IMG/VR virus record: IMGVR_UViG_2773857995_000001
Location: 1 to 64,000 of that record
From: an uncultured virus (IMG/VR IMGVR_UViG_2773857995_000001)
Lineage: Duplodnaviria; Heunggongvirae; Uroviricota; Caudoviricetes
Direction: 5' to 3' (one strand)
DNA length: 64,000 nt
Shown: in pieces, positions 1 through 9,635 of the stretch
Layout: every line of letters begins with the position of its first letter
Numbering within the stretch: position 1 is the first letter of the stretch
Notes under the pieces: model-generated
Database searches by the model: none
Told to the model about the DNA's origin: nothing
The model's input: the letters and a program-made list of their open reading frames with translations, nothing else
Program-made: the position numbers and the translations under genes

Positions 1-20
1 TGTTTCCGTTTTGGAGCGGA

Positions 21-203
21 GTGTGAAACGAAGTGAGACCACGCAATATATCAGATAGTGTGACCCGTAAATGGAAAAGTGTGACCCGAGTGTGACCACG
101 CGGTGACAAAATTAATACGAATGTGTGACCGGAGTGTGATGCCAGTGTGACGTCACTGTGACGTTTTTATCTATAATATAGGCGAAAATTAATGCTAGTG
201 TGA
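21..203 (+). repeat. Phased direct-repeat array (A)GTGTGA(C)
   Basis: GTGTGA at 21, 58, 79, 90, 123, 134, 145, 198; variants at 33, 101, 156; mostly 11-bp spacing. Confidence 0.85.
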
Positions 204-205
204 TG

Positions 206-237
206 TAGACGTACGATTAAGTGCGTCTATTTTTTTT
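206..237 (+). terminator. Rho-independent terminator
   Basis: TAGACGTAC-GATTAA-GTGCGTCTA followed by a T run. Confidence 0.8.
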
Positions 238-309
238 GCCCAAAACGGTGTCCGTTTCGGAAAGTTATTACGCATCTATAAGCGAAGGGCGAAAAAATTT
301 CGATATTGA

Positions 310-348
310 TGTTGCAAAAATGACGATCCCTGTGGGGTTGTATAAGTG
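310..348 (+). promoter_or_regulatory. Candidate phage-specific promoter TGTTGCAAA-N14-TGGGGTT (copy 1)
   Basis: Same bipartite motif and spacing recurs at 11881-11910. Confidence 0.6.
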
Positions 349-389
349 AAAGTGAAAAAAAAATGATAAATGTTATTGGAGGGATGAGT

Positions 390-1235
390 ATGGGTGTGCC
401 TTCTCAGTTTGATTATAGTCAGCTAGATGGAAAAATATCTGCTTTCCTCAAAGAAAAAGAAGTTGTTATGAAAGAAATTGTTAACCGAGCATACACAGAA
501 CTTGGCCGGGAGCTAAGAGAAGCTCGAAGTGTACTTTCTAAGAATGGGTATGGATGCTTCAGGCAGTGGACAGAGTCGATTGGATTGAAAAAAGATGCTG
601 TAAATCGTTTAATACAACGTTACGAATTAATTGTCGCATCGTGCGACGAACAAGCGTCTCTTCTCGAAGACCTTCCCGTCTCACTAACGTACGAAATCGC
701 ACGCCCATCCGCAGAGTCAACCGAACCAAAACGCCAGGCCAAACAGGCGGTCCTAAATGGCGAAGTTAAAACGCTAAAGGAGTACCGGGAACTATTGGCG
801 GAGAAGGAGGCGGCTGAGGCAGCGCTCAAACAAGCCGAACGGGAAGCGGATATCCTGCGCGACAAACTCGAACGAGTTGAAGATGCCGAGCCTGAAATTC
901 GGACGGAATACGTCGAAGTTAAAACGCCCGATCCGGAACTGCTCGCTGAAAATGAACGATATAAAGAATTGTTCGGAGACATTTCGATGTATGAAGGGCG
1001 AACAACTCGCGTGACTAACGGAGACGCTATCACGTACACCGTATACGAGTTTTCCGAAGATGTGCGTAAGTTTGTGGAAAAGTACGGTCATTTGACGCAT
1101 TTCTCTCGGGAATTTAGCGAAATGATTGACGAAGGCAAAGAAGAATATAGGAAAGCGATTCATGCGATGCAGACGCTTATGAAGTCGATTCAAGGTGCCA
1201 TGGACGAAAAAGAAGCAATCATTATAAACGGATAA
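390..1235 (+). CDS. Phage protein, DUF3102-like N-terminus with coiled coil
   Basis: ORF; GGAGG at 378-382 favours ATG 390; ELGRELREAR..YGCFRQW motif. Confidence 0.6.
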   Translation: MGVPSQFDYSQLDGKISAFLKEKEVVMKEIVNRAYTELGRELREARSVLSKNGYGCFRQWTESIGLKKDAVNRLIQRYELIVASCDEQASLLEDLPVSLTYEIARPSAESTEPKRQAKQAVLNGEVKTLKEYRELLAEKEAAEAALKQAEREADILRDKLERVEDAEPEIRTEYVEVKTPDPELLAENERYKELFGDISMYEGRTTRVTNGDAITYTVYEFSEDVRKFVEKYGHLTHFSREFSEMIDEGKEEYRKAIHAMQTLMKSIQGAMDEKEAIIING

Positions 1236-1248
1236 AGGAGCGATTTAA

Positions 1249-1740
1249 ATGTTGACAATCAAAAACGTAAAAGACGGTGGAGTGGCTTATATTTTCGGAG
1301 CAGAATACGCAGGAGTTGCGAAGGCGATGTTTCCTCGATTCGCTGAGAAATTGTTGGGCGGCGAAGAAAATGTGGCATTGCCGGAACCAAAGAAACAACG
1401 CACACTGGCCGATGTCAAGAACGCCGTAGATAAATCGCAATCTGATACTCGTCTATGTCGTTCGTCAAAATTGACGGGAAAGGCGCTTCACCGAGAGATT
1501 TCACAAGTAATGTTTCGCGCAGAGACTTTATTCGGGCTTAGTAGAAGGAAGGTATGGGGCGAGCTGTACGAAAAGCTACGTCAAGAAACAGGCGTAGATC
1601 CTAAAAACGTCAAAAGAAGCACAACGAAAGGAATACAGGGAGGCCCTTCGAAACTAAGCACGTATTTAAAAGACGGTTACGGTCAGCGCTTAGTAGAAAT
1701 CGCCTATGAAATCTACGACAGATATGAGGCGAGATCATGA
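1249..1740 (+). CDS. Phage protein, antirepressor C-terminal-like
   Basis: ORF with AAGGAG SD; VWGELYEKLRQETGVD motif. Confidence 0.5.
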   Translation: MLTIKNVKDGGVAYIFGAEYAGVAKAMFPRFAEKLLGGEENVALPEPKKQRTLADVKNAVDKSQSDTRLCRSSKLTGKALHREISQVMFRAETLFGLSRRKVWGELYEKLRQETGVDPKNVKRSTTKGIQGGPSKLSTYLKDGYGQRLVEIAYEIYDRYEARS

Positions 1741-2171
1741 CAAACGAACATCAACGACTTGTCTCAGTCGAATCGCAGTCCGAATATAATCTGACGTCTG
1801 GCAAGTCCGAAACGCGTATCTTCGTTAAAATGTACGTCGATGCTGTTAAGAAAGGACTAATCGCGGACATCGGAGCCGATCGTTGGCAGACGTTATGCGT
1901 CCTCTCGTCGTTCATGAACGAAAAGGGCGAATGTTACCCGACGCAGGATCAGATCGCTAAGGCGCTGAATGTGCGAAGAGAGGCCGCAAACAAACGTATT
2001 AAGGCTCTTTGTGATTATCGTTGGCAAGGGCGTCCGCTAGTCGTAAAGCAGAAGACGAGAGACCCGAAAACGCAGCGATGGGAAAACACGCGATACACGA
2101 TCATGCCGATCAGCCAGCTTGCGATTTTTGACGGAAGTTCAGAGGAATTACCGGAGCCACGTGACGAGTAA
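1737..2171 (+). CDS. HTH replication initiator (replisome-organiser N-terminal domain)
   Basis: CYPTQDQIAKALNVRREAANKRIKAL winged HTH and NTRYTI motif. Confidence 0.75.
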   Translation: MTNEHQRLVSVESQSEYNLTSGKSETRIFVKMYVDAVKKGLIADIGADRWQTLCVLSSFMNEKGECYPTQDQIAKALNVRREAANKRIKALCDYRWQGRPLVVKQKTRDPKTQRWENTRYTIMPISQLAIFDGSSEELPEPRDE

Positions 2172-2384
2172 CCACACATGGCTGATCCATATATGGCTAG
2201 ACAGCACACTAACAAGAACCATCTTTTAACTAGAGCCATTAATAACTAGATAAATAATAGCGCTCATATACATTCGCGCGGATATTCTTAATAAAGATAC
2301 ATCGCGATAAATGAATATCTGCAAGAGTGAGCGAATGCGAACGATTGCTAGGTCTTATAAATAAACGGAAGGGATTGCGAAAGT

Positions 2385-2723
2385 ATGAACGATAGGACGA
2401 TTCTCAAGGGTATGATCGAAATTTATCAAAACGAATTTATGTGCGGATACGACGGACCTGATAAGGATGAGCTGCGTATTATCTTCTTAGAGCTAATCGT
2501 ACACGCTACGCAATATATTAACGACTTTAGGTACTGTAGTAACCCGAAATGCCCGTGCGGTCCGGAGTTTGGCATCGGAAAGCTCATGCGCAATCACGGG
2601 CAGAAAATAAATTCTGTACTATTCGGCGGTGAATTCGGACTAAGCGAAGTTCCGATGCGACCGATTCGCGACTTTCTCAATCAATTTAATAACGAAGGAG
2701 ATGACGAAACTCATGCCGATTGA
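2385..2723 (+). CDS. Hypothetical phage protein
   Basis: ORF with SD. Confidence 0.65.
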   Translation: MNDRTILKGMIEIYQNEFMCGYDGPDKDELRIIFLELIVHATQYINDFRYCSNPKCPCGPEFGIGKLMRNHGQKINSVLFGGEFGLSEVPMRPIRDFLNQFNNEGDDETHAD

Positions 2724-3042
2724 AATCCCGATTTCCCCCGACTACAAACTTACGTCAGACGAACGCAATATCATCGTCAATGAACGTTATTTCACGGACC
2801 CAACGAAAGCGCCGAACTGGCCGAAGCGGATCGCCGAAAATCCCGACTTAGATCCGTCACCAATCGCACGTTGGCGAGAGATCGCGTACTTACCATCCGT
2901 TGATCGCGCAATCGAGTTCGTCATGGATCGGCGGATAAAATTATCCGACGCCAAGACGCTGGAAGATCTCGCACGAATTATACGGGAATTTCGCGGGGAA
3001 TTAGCGGCTTTGCTGACGATCGAGGGTAATCGTAAGGGCTGA
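2701..3042 (+). CDS. Hypothetical phage protein
   Basis: ORF in operon context. Confidence 0.7.
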   Translation: MTKLMPIEIPISPDYKLTSDERNIIVNERYFTDPTKAPNWPKRIAENPDLDPSPIARWREIAYLPSVDRAIEFVMDRRIKLSDAKTLEDLARIIREFRGELAALLTIEGNRKG

Positions 3043-3071
3043 CGTTAAAACGACGGAGAGGAGGCGAAAAC

Positions 3072-3215
3072 GTGGCGGATGATACGAGACGAATCGCAGA
3101 TCTTACCGTTATAGAACGTGAGAAATTAGCTGGGATTGCGCGGGATAACACTAAGCGAGGTGAAAACGGTCTAACAGTCATCGAAAAAGATGACGAATGG
3201 AGAGACGGGGATTAA
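3072..3215 (+). CDS. Small hypothetical protein (47 aa)
   Basis: GGAGG SD then GTG; MADDTRRIADL...; below ORF-track cutoff. Confidence 0.6.
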   Translation: MADDTRRIADLTVIEREKLAGIARDNTKRGENGLTVIEKDDEWRDGD

Positions 3216-3238
3216 TAAAGCGGAATGGAGGCGTTAAA

Positions 3239-3601
3239 ATGACGGACGAAATCGCAGACCTACGTTCTGAGATCGACAGATTGACGAAGGAAAACGAAAT
3301 ATTAATCGGGGAACTTGCGGCAATTCGCGATTTAATGCCTAGCGAGTATGGTTTCGAAGAAGGAGTGCTCGAATATGCGGCAGCTTATCCGGAGGGCGTA
3401 AGAGACCTCGTAAAGCAAACGATCGAGCGGATGCAGGCTTCCGATGAATTCCACAAATATCTATACGAAGAATGCGACGAATACAACGTTAAACTTATTA
3501 AAATGCTCGCGGATTGCTTGCCAGCTTTGGACGAAAGTAAGACGGACTATACGGAATTATCTAAAGAGATCCGGGAGATATACGAGGCATTCTCAGTATA
3601 A
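3239..3601 (+). CDS. Hypothetical coiled-coil protein
   Basis: GGAGG SD before ATG 3239. Confidence 0.65.
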   Translation: MTDEIADLRSEIDRLTKENEILIGELAAIRDLMPSEYGFEEGVLEYAAAYPEGVRDLVKQTIERMQASDEFHKYLYEECDEYNVKLIKMLADCLPALDESKTDYTELSKEIREIYEAFSV

Positions 3602-3615
3602 GGAGGACGAACGAT

Positions 3616-4035
3616 ATGACTTCTAAATTAACGAAAGACCAACTCGAAGCGATCCGCCTAAGATACGAAAGATCATCTGGAGGGTATTGGATGGTTGAAG
3701 ACGGGTGTTACGTCTGCGATGTGTCCAATACAAGAAAAGTGAACGACGGAGAAGATTATGTAGGTAGTGTAGTTATCGCTGATTGCGTAAAGGGGGAAGA
3801 TGCAGAATTTATCGCTTTTGCTCACGATGAAGATATTCCTCGTCTTCTAAGTCACATCGAATACTTAGAGGAGCGATTAAAAAAGCTTAGTTTGAAATAT
3901 AGCGTCGCGAATGATCTATTAAGTGATTTACATGAATACCTAGAAGACACTATTTATTGTTATGATGCTATTTATTACGAGTTAAGTAGCTATTTGAATG
4001 CCGAAATGGGTGACGAAGATGACGACGACAGATAA
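3616..4035 (+). CDS. Hypothetical phage protein (Ead/Ea22-like DAEFIAFAH..IPRLL motif)
   Basis: AGGAGG SD; motif. Confidence 0.6.
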   Translation: MTSKLTKDQLEAIRLRYERSSGGYWMVEDGCYVCDVSNTRKVNDGEDYVGSVVIADCVKGEDAEFIAFAHDEDIPRLLSHIEYLEERLKKLSLKYSVANDLLSDLHEYLEDTIYCYDAIYYELSSYLNAEMGDEDDDDR

Positions 4036-4393
4036 ACCGGTATCCAAATGGAATACGCGCGACTTTCAGGCGTACTTAAAAGTGGAGCATGAGCGGCTGT
4101 ACGGTGTCCCTTACGTTCCGATGCGCGGATGGCAGGCCGAAGCGGGAATGCTCGGTCGTTGGGTCGGAACGAAGCGGAAGCCTGGCGAATACGGACCGGA
4201 AATAACGAAGCGATTCATCGATCTATGCTTTGCGCAATATAGGCCGACGGCAGATTGGCCGGGCGTCAGCTTCGGATTTATGCAGAAGTGGATGGGACGA
4301 AATTTGCAGCGGGCAGTGGCGGAAATCAGGGCCGAAGCAGCGGCGCAACAAAGGCGGGAGCAGCAAGCGGAAATCGGCGACGACTTTTATTAA
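4019..4393 (+). CDS. Putative replication accessory protein (initiator C-terminal/loader partner-like)
   Basis: ORF in replication cluster upstream of DnaC-like gene; function inferred. Confidence 0.5.
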   Translation: MTTTDKPVSKWNTRDFQAYLKVEHERLYGVPYVPMRGWQAEAGMLGRWVGTKRKPGEYGPEITKRFIDLCFAQYRPTADWPGVSFGFMQKWMGRNLQRAVAEIRAEAAAQQRREQQAEIGDDFY

Positions 4394-4409
4394 ACGGAGG
4401 GATTGCGAG

Positions 4410-5468
4410 ATGACTGAAACGAAAAAGTATGTGCGGATTTTGAAGGCGCCAAATAAATCTAGTTGGTATGCGAATAAAATCGGTCAGGTGTTTGAAGTTG
4501 ATCGCGAAGGATACACATATTTAATACGAAAAGGACCGCACCACCTGACGGCAATTCGAAAAGAAGACGCCGAACTCATCGTCACAGAAAAGCGGCCGGC
4601 CAAGGTTGGCGAGAAGGTTTTAATCCTCGACGATTTCAACGAACCAAGGTACATGCTTCACGATGAAGTTCCGGTTATTGATGGTGGCGATAAACACGGA
4701 GTTGCAGTGCGAAAGCTGGGAGAATGGCCGATATATTTAAACAACGAGCAATACGAAGTAATCGTAAATAACGAAGTTAAAAACGAGAAGGCTGACGAAA
4801 TGAAAATTGATTTGGACGCAATGGGATACGATGAGCTAATCGCACATGGAGAAGCTGTTTTGACGGCGATCCAGCTTCGTTCATATAACGAAGGATATAA
4901 ACAAGGAAAGTTCGATGCGGAAATGGATACGACATATATGCGGCCGCAGGAAAAGAGCGCACAAGAACGACGTGATGAAATCGTTGAGCAGGCGAAGGCG
5001 GATATCGCAAAATTGGCTCCAAACGGGGTGATTAAGCGCCCAATCGGTGAATGTGACGCTGAATTTATAGTCAACCGCAATAAGCGTACCGTTGTCGTAT
5101 TAATTAAAGGGAGGTATTCCGGCAGAGTCTACGTAAAAGGAATTGCCAAGGCCGCACCGGACGACTGCTTCAACGAGCATATCGGCAAAGCTATCGCTCT
5201 CCATCGTGCACTTGGTATCGAAGTACCTGACGAATATCTTAATGCACCTCAGCCGACTAAGGTTCGTGTGGGGGATGTTGTCGGTTATTTCGAATTTAAT
5301 GAGGTCGCGGATTATTACGGAAAAATTGTGGATGTAAGCGAAGATAGGGTTTTTTATAAGGATGGAGGATTCGATTATTTACCTACAGTAACGGAAGGGA
5401 TTGATGAATACGGAGAAGAGTCGTTCTTAAAAATCGTCGATGACAGCCGGACGGAGGTGGGCGGTTAA
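4410..5468 (+). CDS. Multidomain phage protein
   Basis: GGAGG SD before ATG 4410; GIAKAAPDDCFNEHIGKAIALHRA motif. Confidence 0.7.
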   Translation: MTETKKYVRILKAPNKSSWYANKIGQVFEVDREGYTYLIRKGPHHLTAIRKEDAELIVTEKRPAKVGEKVLILDDFNEPRYMLHDEVPVIDGGDKHGVAVRKLGEWPIYLNNEQYEVIVNNEVKNEKADEMKIDLDAMGYDELIAHGEAVLTAIQLRSYNEGYKQGKFDAEMDTTYMRPQEKSAQERRDEIVEQAKADIAKLAPNGVIKRPIGECDAEFIVNRNKRTVVVLIKGRYSGRVYVKGIAKAAPDDCFNEHIGKAIALHRALGIEVPDEYLNAPQPTKVRVGDVVGYFEFNEVADYYGKIVDVSEDRVFYKDGGFDYLPTVTEGIDEYGEESFLKIVDDSRTEVGG

Positions 5469-5605
5469 TGGAAGTACATGTGAAACTGAATGAACACGAG
5501 ATTATGCAGGCCTGTATCGAATATTTAGATAAACGGGGTTACGTTCTTAAAACATTTAGTCTGCGGGGTAATCACGTAACAGGCGATGTTGAACGTAAGA
5601 AATAA
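5468..5605 (+). CDS. Small hypothetical protein (45 aa)
   Basis: TAATG coupling; GGAGG SD. Confidence 0.55.
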   Translation: MEVHVKLNEHEIMQACIEYLDKRGYVLKTFSLRGNHVTGDVERKK

Positions 5606-5621
5606 CGAAAGGAGTGGGCGA

Positions 5622-5792
5622 ATGATTGACGTAAATAAGTGGAATAACCTCGGAAAATATTTGCGCGAAACTAATGGCGTTGAGTGCCCTTATTGCGGAA
5701 GCAAAGAGAGATTTCCGAAAGGCGAAGTACCTGAATACGTTTACTGCGAAGGGTGTTATCGAAAATACTTGTGCGAAGAGGTGGTCGAATGA
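5622..5792 (+). CDS. Small zinc-ribbon protein
   Basis: CPYC...CEGC; AAGGAG SD. Confidence 0.65.
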   Translation: MIDVNKWNNLGKYLRETNGVECPYCGSKERFPKGEVPEYVYCEGCYRKYLCEEVVE

Positions 5793-5992
5793 GCATCGGA
5801 CATTTGACGTTTGGAACGCCGGAATACGTTGAGGCTACGAAGTTGGCCGAACGACAAGGAAAAACGGACGAATTGATCGATAAAATCGAGGCTTTGACGG
5901 AAGAGCTTCATTCTAGCGACTATTACATTGGTTCTTATGAGCAACGCAGAAGAGTCAATTTAATAACGCATTTTCTTGCGGAATTGATCTAA
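5789..5992 (+). CDS. Hypothetical protein
   Basis: ATGA overlap; GAGGTG SD. Confidence 0.6.
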   Translation: MSIGHLTFGTPEYVEATKLAERQGKTDELIDKIEALTEELHSSDYYIGSYEQRRRVNLITHFLAELI

Positions 5993-6010
5993 CGAAAGGA
6001 GTGAACGCCA

Positions 6011-6778
6011 TTGACTAACGAAAGAAACTGCGTCCTGGCTAACGGATGCAAAGCGGCCGGCACGACCGCCTGTACCCGCCAATGCCCGCACTTCATCGCC
6101 CTACATGGCGCGTCTGGCAACGGCGGCCGGTCTGCGGCGGCAGGCTTATCGCGTGACTACCGGCTTACCACGCTCGCCAATTCGCCTACCCGTACGAGTC
6201 AGCCGGAGGTATATAAATCGATGGAGAACTACGTCAAGACGTTCGAGCGCCAATTTGAGCAAACGGAAGGCTATATCGAACCGGCTGACCGGATCAAGTC
6301 GTTGTATCTCTACAGCGCGAACTCCGGCACCGGCAAGACGACGACAGCGGCGGCGCTCCTTAACGAATGGCTGCGCGTCCATTATAGCGGATCTTTGCGG
6401 AGAGGTTTAACGCCGTTACAGCGACCGGCCTATTTCCTCGACGTGAACGAATGGCAGACGGAATTCAACCTCGCAACCATGACGAATGATGAGGACGGTC
6501 TGGCGGAATTCAAACGAAAGATGACGGTGGCGATGTCGGCTCCTTTTGCGGTGCTGGATGACGTAGGAGTACGGGATTGTACGCCGGCATTTCGCGGCTA
6601 TCTTCACGCAATAGTTAACGAAAGAGTAACGAACCAGTTGCCGACGATTTATACGAGCAACATCGCGATCGAACGGCTGCCGGATGTTTTCGGCGAGCAA
6701 CGTCTAACGGACCGTATTCGTGATCTGTGCCGCGTGATCGAGTTCGAAGGAGAATCGAAAAGGGGGCTGCGGAGATGA
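6011..6778 (+). CDS. DnaC/IstB-like AAA+ helicase loader
   Basis: N-terminal Cys cluster; Walker A NSGTGKT; Walker B VLDDVG; YTSN; GESKR. Confidence 0.9.
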   Translation: MTNERNCVLANGCKAAGTTACTRQCPHFIALHGASGNGGRSAAAGLSRDYRLTTLANSPTRTSQPEVYKSMENYVKTFERQFEQTEGYIEPADRIKSLYLYSANSGTGKTTTAAALLNEWLRVHYSGSLRRGLTPLQRPAYFLDVNEWQTEFNLATMTNDEDGLAEFKRKMTVAMSAPFAVLDDVGVRDCTPAFRGYLHAIVNERVTNQLPTIYTSNIAIERLPDVFGEQRLTDRIRDLCRVIEFEGESKRGLRR

Positions 6779-6987
6779 ACTTCTTCAGACGAAAGCGAGA
6801 GCAGTCGCTATGTTTCCATGAATGGAGAGTGCGGGATTTTTGTATAGAGTACGACTATAGTGGCGTACGTCCTGATCCTATCGAATTCTATGAAATCGGT
6901 TGTCAAAAGTGCGGAAAAAGTCGCCACATCGATCAATATCAATTTTCGCGAATGTGTAGTGCCGGTATGATTGTGAGGGATGCGTAA
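6775..6987 (+). CDS. Small Cys/His protein
   Basis: CFHEW...CQKCGK; ATGA overlap. Confidence 0.6.
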   Translation: MNFFRRKREQSLCFHEWRVRDFCIEYDYSGVRPDPIEFYEIGCQKCGKSRHIDQYQFSRMCSAGMIVRDA

Positions 6988-7488
6988 ATGAAAGCCGACA
7001 TCACTTTCGGAGACCTAGTCGCAGTTGACGGATACCCGGACCGTATTTTCTACGTTGATGCGCGGCGGAAAGTCGAAGAGGAGGACGATACCGGCGTCTC
7101 CAATTACGTCGAGTTCGATCTGACGGACGCAATCAATGGCGAATGGCTTGTCGCTGATTCGAGTGACTTGCGGTTGGTCTGCCGCAAACAGTACGCCGAA
7201 CGATTCCTTGACGATTTTGATTACGAAAATTATCCGGATCCGGAGGGAACGGCGTTTCATTTTGCGGAGTTACCAAATGAAGATCTTGTAACTAAGATTC
7301 GCGAAGGAATCGAAAAGGCGTGGGGTGAAATGACGAAAAAGCAAGCGAAAGAGAAAACGAAGAAAATCGATGAGCTGCTCGATGAGTTAAACGATTACAA
7401 GCGTCTGGAAGCAATGTACGGTGATGCGGAATATAAGGCGAAGCAGGACGAGGCAAAGGCGAAATTAAAGCGGGAGGTCGAGCTGTGA
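6988..7488 (+). CDS. Phage protein with C-terminal helical tail
   Basis: ORF; IDELLDELNDY motif. Confidence 0.65.
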   Translation: MKADITFGDLVAVDGYPDRIFYVDARRKVEEEDDTGVSNYVEFDLTDAINGEWLVADSSDLRLVCRKQYAERFLDDFDYENYPDPEGTAFHFAELPNEDLVTKIREGIEKAWGEMTKKQAKEKTKKIDELLDELNDYKRLEAMYGDAEYKAKQDEAKAKLKREVEL

Positions 7489-7937
7489 TGAGAGAGATTA
7501 AATTTCGAGGTAAACCGATTGAGGATTATGGTGATATTAAATGGTTTTATGGCGGCATCGACTTAAACCATGATGACAAATTAGCTTATATCAGTACGCC
7601 TTATAACGGTCATGTACCGGTAGAGTGGGAATCAATTGGGCAATACACCGGATTGAAGGACAGACAAGGCAATGAGATTTACGAGGGGGATATTATTCAT
7701 TGTGTTCACTGGTTCTTTGATGGAAACGAAATAGAAGAACACTTTACTGCTTCAGTCGGATTTCGGGATGGATCATTTACTTTGGAGAATATTAATAGCC
7801 GTTATTATTCAGATTATACAGCGGAAGAAAACGGGAAAGGTATTTGCTGGATCGGGGATATAAATTACTGCGAAGAAGATTATGAAGTCATCGGCGACGT
7901 ATACCGAAATCCTGATCTATTGGAGGCGGCGGAATAA
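7485..7937 (+). CDS. YopX-family protein
   Basis: MREIKFRG...GQYTGLKD..G.EIYEGDI...EVIGDVYRNPDLL. Confidence 0.9.
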   Translation: MMREIKFRGKPIEDYGDIKWFYGGIDLNHDDKLAYISTPYNGHVPVEWESIGQYTGLKDRQGNEIYEGDIIHCVHWFFDGNEIEEHFTASVGFRDGSFTLENINSRYYSDYTAEENGKGICWIGDINYCEEDYEVIGDVYRNPDLLEAAE

Positions 7938-8140
7938 TGTACCGTCTACTCTATCCGTTAAAGTGGACGTTTGCTGCGCTAGATTGGTCGTTTTATTACA
8001 TCGGTGTCGCTGCGGATTACATTTCGGGCATATTCGAAAGTGCAGCCGACAATTTCCGTATTCGTATCGAAATCGCGGAACAGCGGAAAAGAGGCGTGCG
8101 AGTGATTTACGTTAAGAGAGTGAGGAGGGATCGCGGATGA
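7937..8140 (+). CDS. Hypothetical protein
   Basis: TAATG coupling; SD. Confidence 0.6.
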   Translation: MYRLLYPLKWTFAALDWSFYYIGVAADYISGIFESAADNFRIRIEIAEQRKRGVRVIYVKRVRRDRG

Positions 8141-9501
8141 ACTACGGTGTTTTAATGCTATCGAAAGTGATCGAACAGAACGAACCGAACGCGCTGCTGC
8201 GCTTTAATATTACCGCCGAGGATCTGCCGACGGAAGGCGAACGCAAGGCACTCCGTTATATCACGGAATATGCGGAGAAACACGGAGGCCGGGCGCCAAC
8301 TGCCGAAATGGTGGCGAATGAGGTTCCGGACTTCCAGCCGGATTTTAATATCGAGGCCAGCTACGATTACCTTGCGGAGAAATTACGGAATCAAGCGGCT
8401 TTGCGTGCCTTTTCCGAAGTTGTTAACGGTAAAGGAGACGGCGAATCTGAATTTATGAAACGGTGGGAGAGCGCACAGAATAATCCAGAAGAATTTTTTA
8501 CGTGGTTGACGGAGCAGGCCGAAAGGTTTAAAATGAGAACAAACGTTCGAGATACAATCGGTATCGATATAAAGCGAGATATCGACAAATTCAAAGCCGA
8601 ATACGAAAACCGCAAGGCTGGCGAGTCTTTCCGGATCTGGCGCAGCAAGTTCGATTTTATCAACCGTGCTATGGGCGGCTATGTTTCATCGAACGTATAC
8701 GTCATTTATGGGAAATCCGGCCGGGGAAAATCGGCTATTGCGCTGGAGGAAGCGATTAATTGCGCGATGCAGGGGGCGAACGTATTAATATGGTCGATGG
8801 AGATGGGATGGTACGAAGTTCTCGTCAGGCTCTACGTTTCGATTTCGGCGAGCGTTGGCGTCGCAAAGGCTACTCTTGACGGCGTCGATATTGAGACCGG
8901 ATTTAATTCGCGCGATGTCCGCCAAGGTAAGCTATCCGACGAATTTGAAGCCGGCTTTATGGAGTTCCTCGATAAAATGAACGAACTGATTCCGGGTAAC
9001 ATCATTGTCCGCGCGGTAGACGACGAGGACTTTGACTCCCGAAAACTGCGCGACCTGAAGGCGGATATCCTCGAAACGAAAGCCGACGTCGTGCTACTCG
9101 ACCCTTTTTACTATCTCGATTACGAAAAGAACACGTCAAAGACAGCGGGCGGAGACGCGTCCAATACATCGATGAAGCTCCGTCGTCTGGCCGGACAAAC
9201 AAAAACGACCATCTTTGCGCTAACGCAGGCGGAGGAAGGCGATGGAAAAGACGCAGACTCCGAATTAAAGCTACCGCAGCGTAAAGACGTCAAGAAAACG
9301 AAAGCGTTGCTCGAAGATGCTGCGCTATTGATTGCGGTTGATACGAACGCAGAGGAAGGGCGGGGTCTTATCGGACTAAATAAAGGCCGGGATGGTGGCG
9401 AAGGAAAGAGCGCCGAGATTATATATCTGCCACAAGTCGGCGTGATTAAGCAGCTTGTCGAAGTCGTCGAAGAATCATCCGATGTGCCATTTAATTTCTA
9501 A
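8137..9501 (+). CDS. DnaB-like replicative helicase
   Basis: Walker A GKSGRGKS; SMEM; VLLDP; ALTQ; NKGRDG. Confidence 0.9.
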   Translation: MNYGVLMLSKVIEQNEPNALLRFNITAEDLPTEGERKALRYITEYAEKHGGRAPTAEMVANEVPDFQPDFNIEASYDYLAEKLRNQAALRAFSEVVNGKGDGESEFMKRWESAQNNPEEFFTWLTEQAERFKMRTNVRDTIGIDIKRDIDKFKAEYENRKAGESFRIWRSKFDFINRAMGGYVSSNVYVIYGKSGRGKSAIALEEAINCAMQGANVLIWSMEMGWYEVLVRLYVSISASVGVAKATLDGVDIETGFNSRDVRQGKLSDEFEAGFMEFLDKMNELIPGNIIVRAVDDEDFDSRKLRDLKADILETKADVVLLDPFYYLDYEKNTSKTAGGDASNTSMKLRRLAGQTKTTIFALTQAEEGDGKDADSELKLPQRKDVKKTKALLEDAALLIAVDTNAEEGRGLIGLNKGRDGGEGKSAEIIYLPQVGVIKQLVEVVEESSDVPFNF

Positions 9502-9635
9502 GACGATGGAATTTATCGGATAACATCGTCAACATTTACCGCGATTCTTTCGACAAATTCCGAAGGATTTTTTAAAAATTAGGACGTAATATATAGAACA
9601 ATCCGGATTTTTAGTTCGAAAGGAGTGAGACGAAA

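Noticed and set aside
21..203. CRISPR array
   Set aside because: Units are 6-8 bp at ~11-bp spacing with no unique spacers. The Cas4-like gene at 18602 sits in a phage polA-RuvC context.
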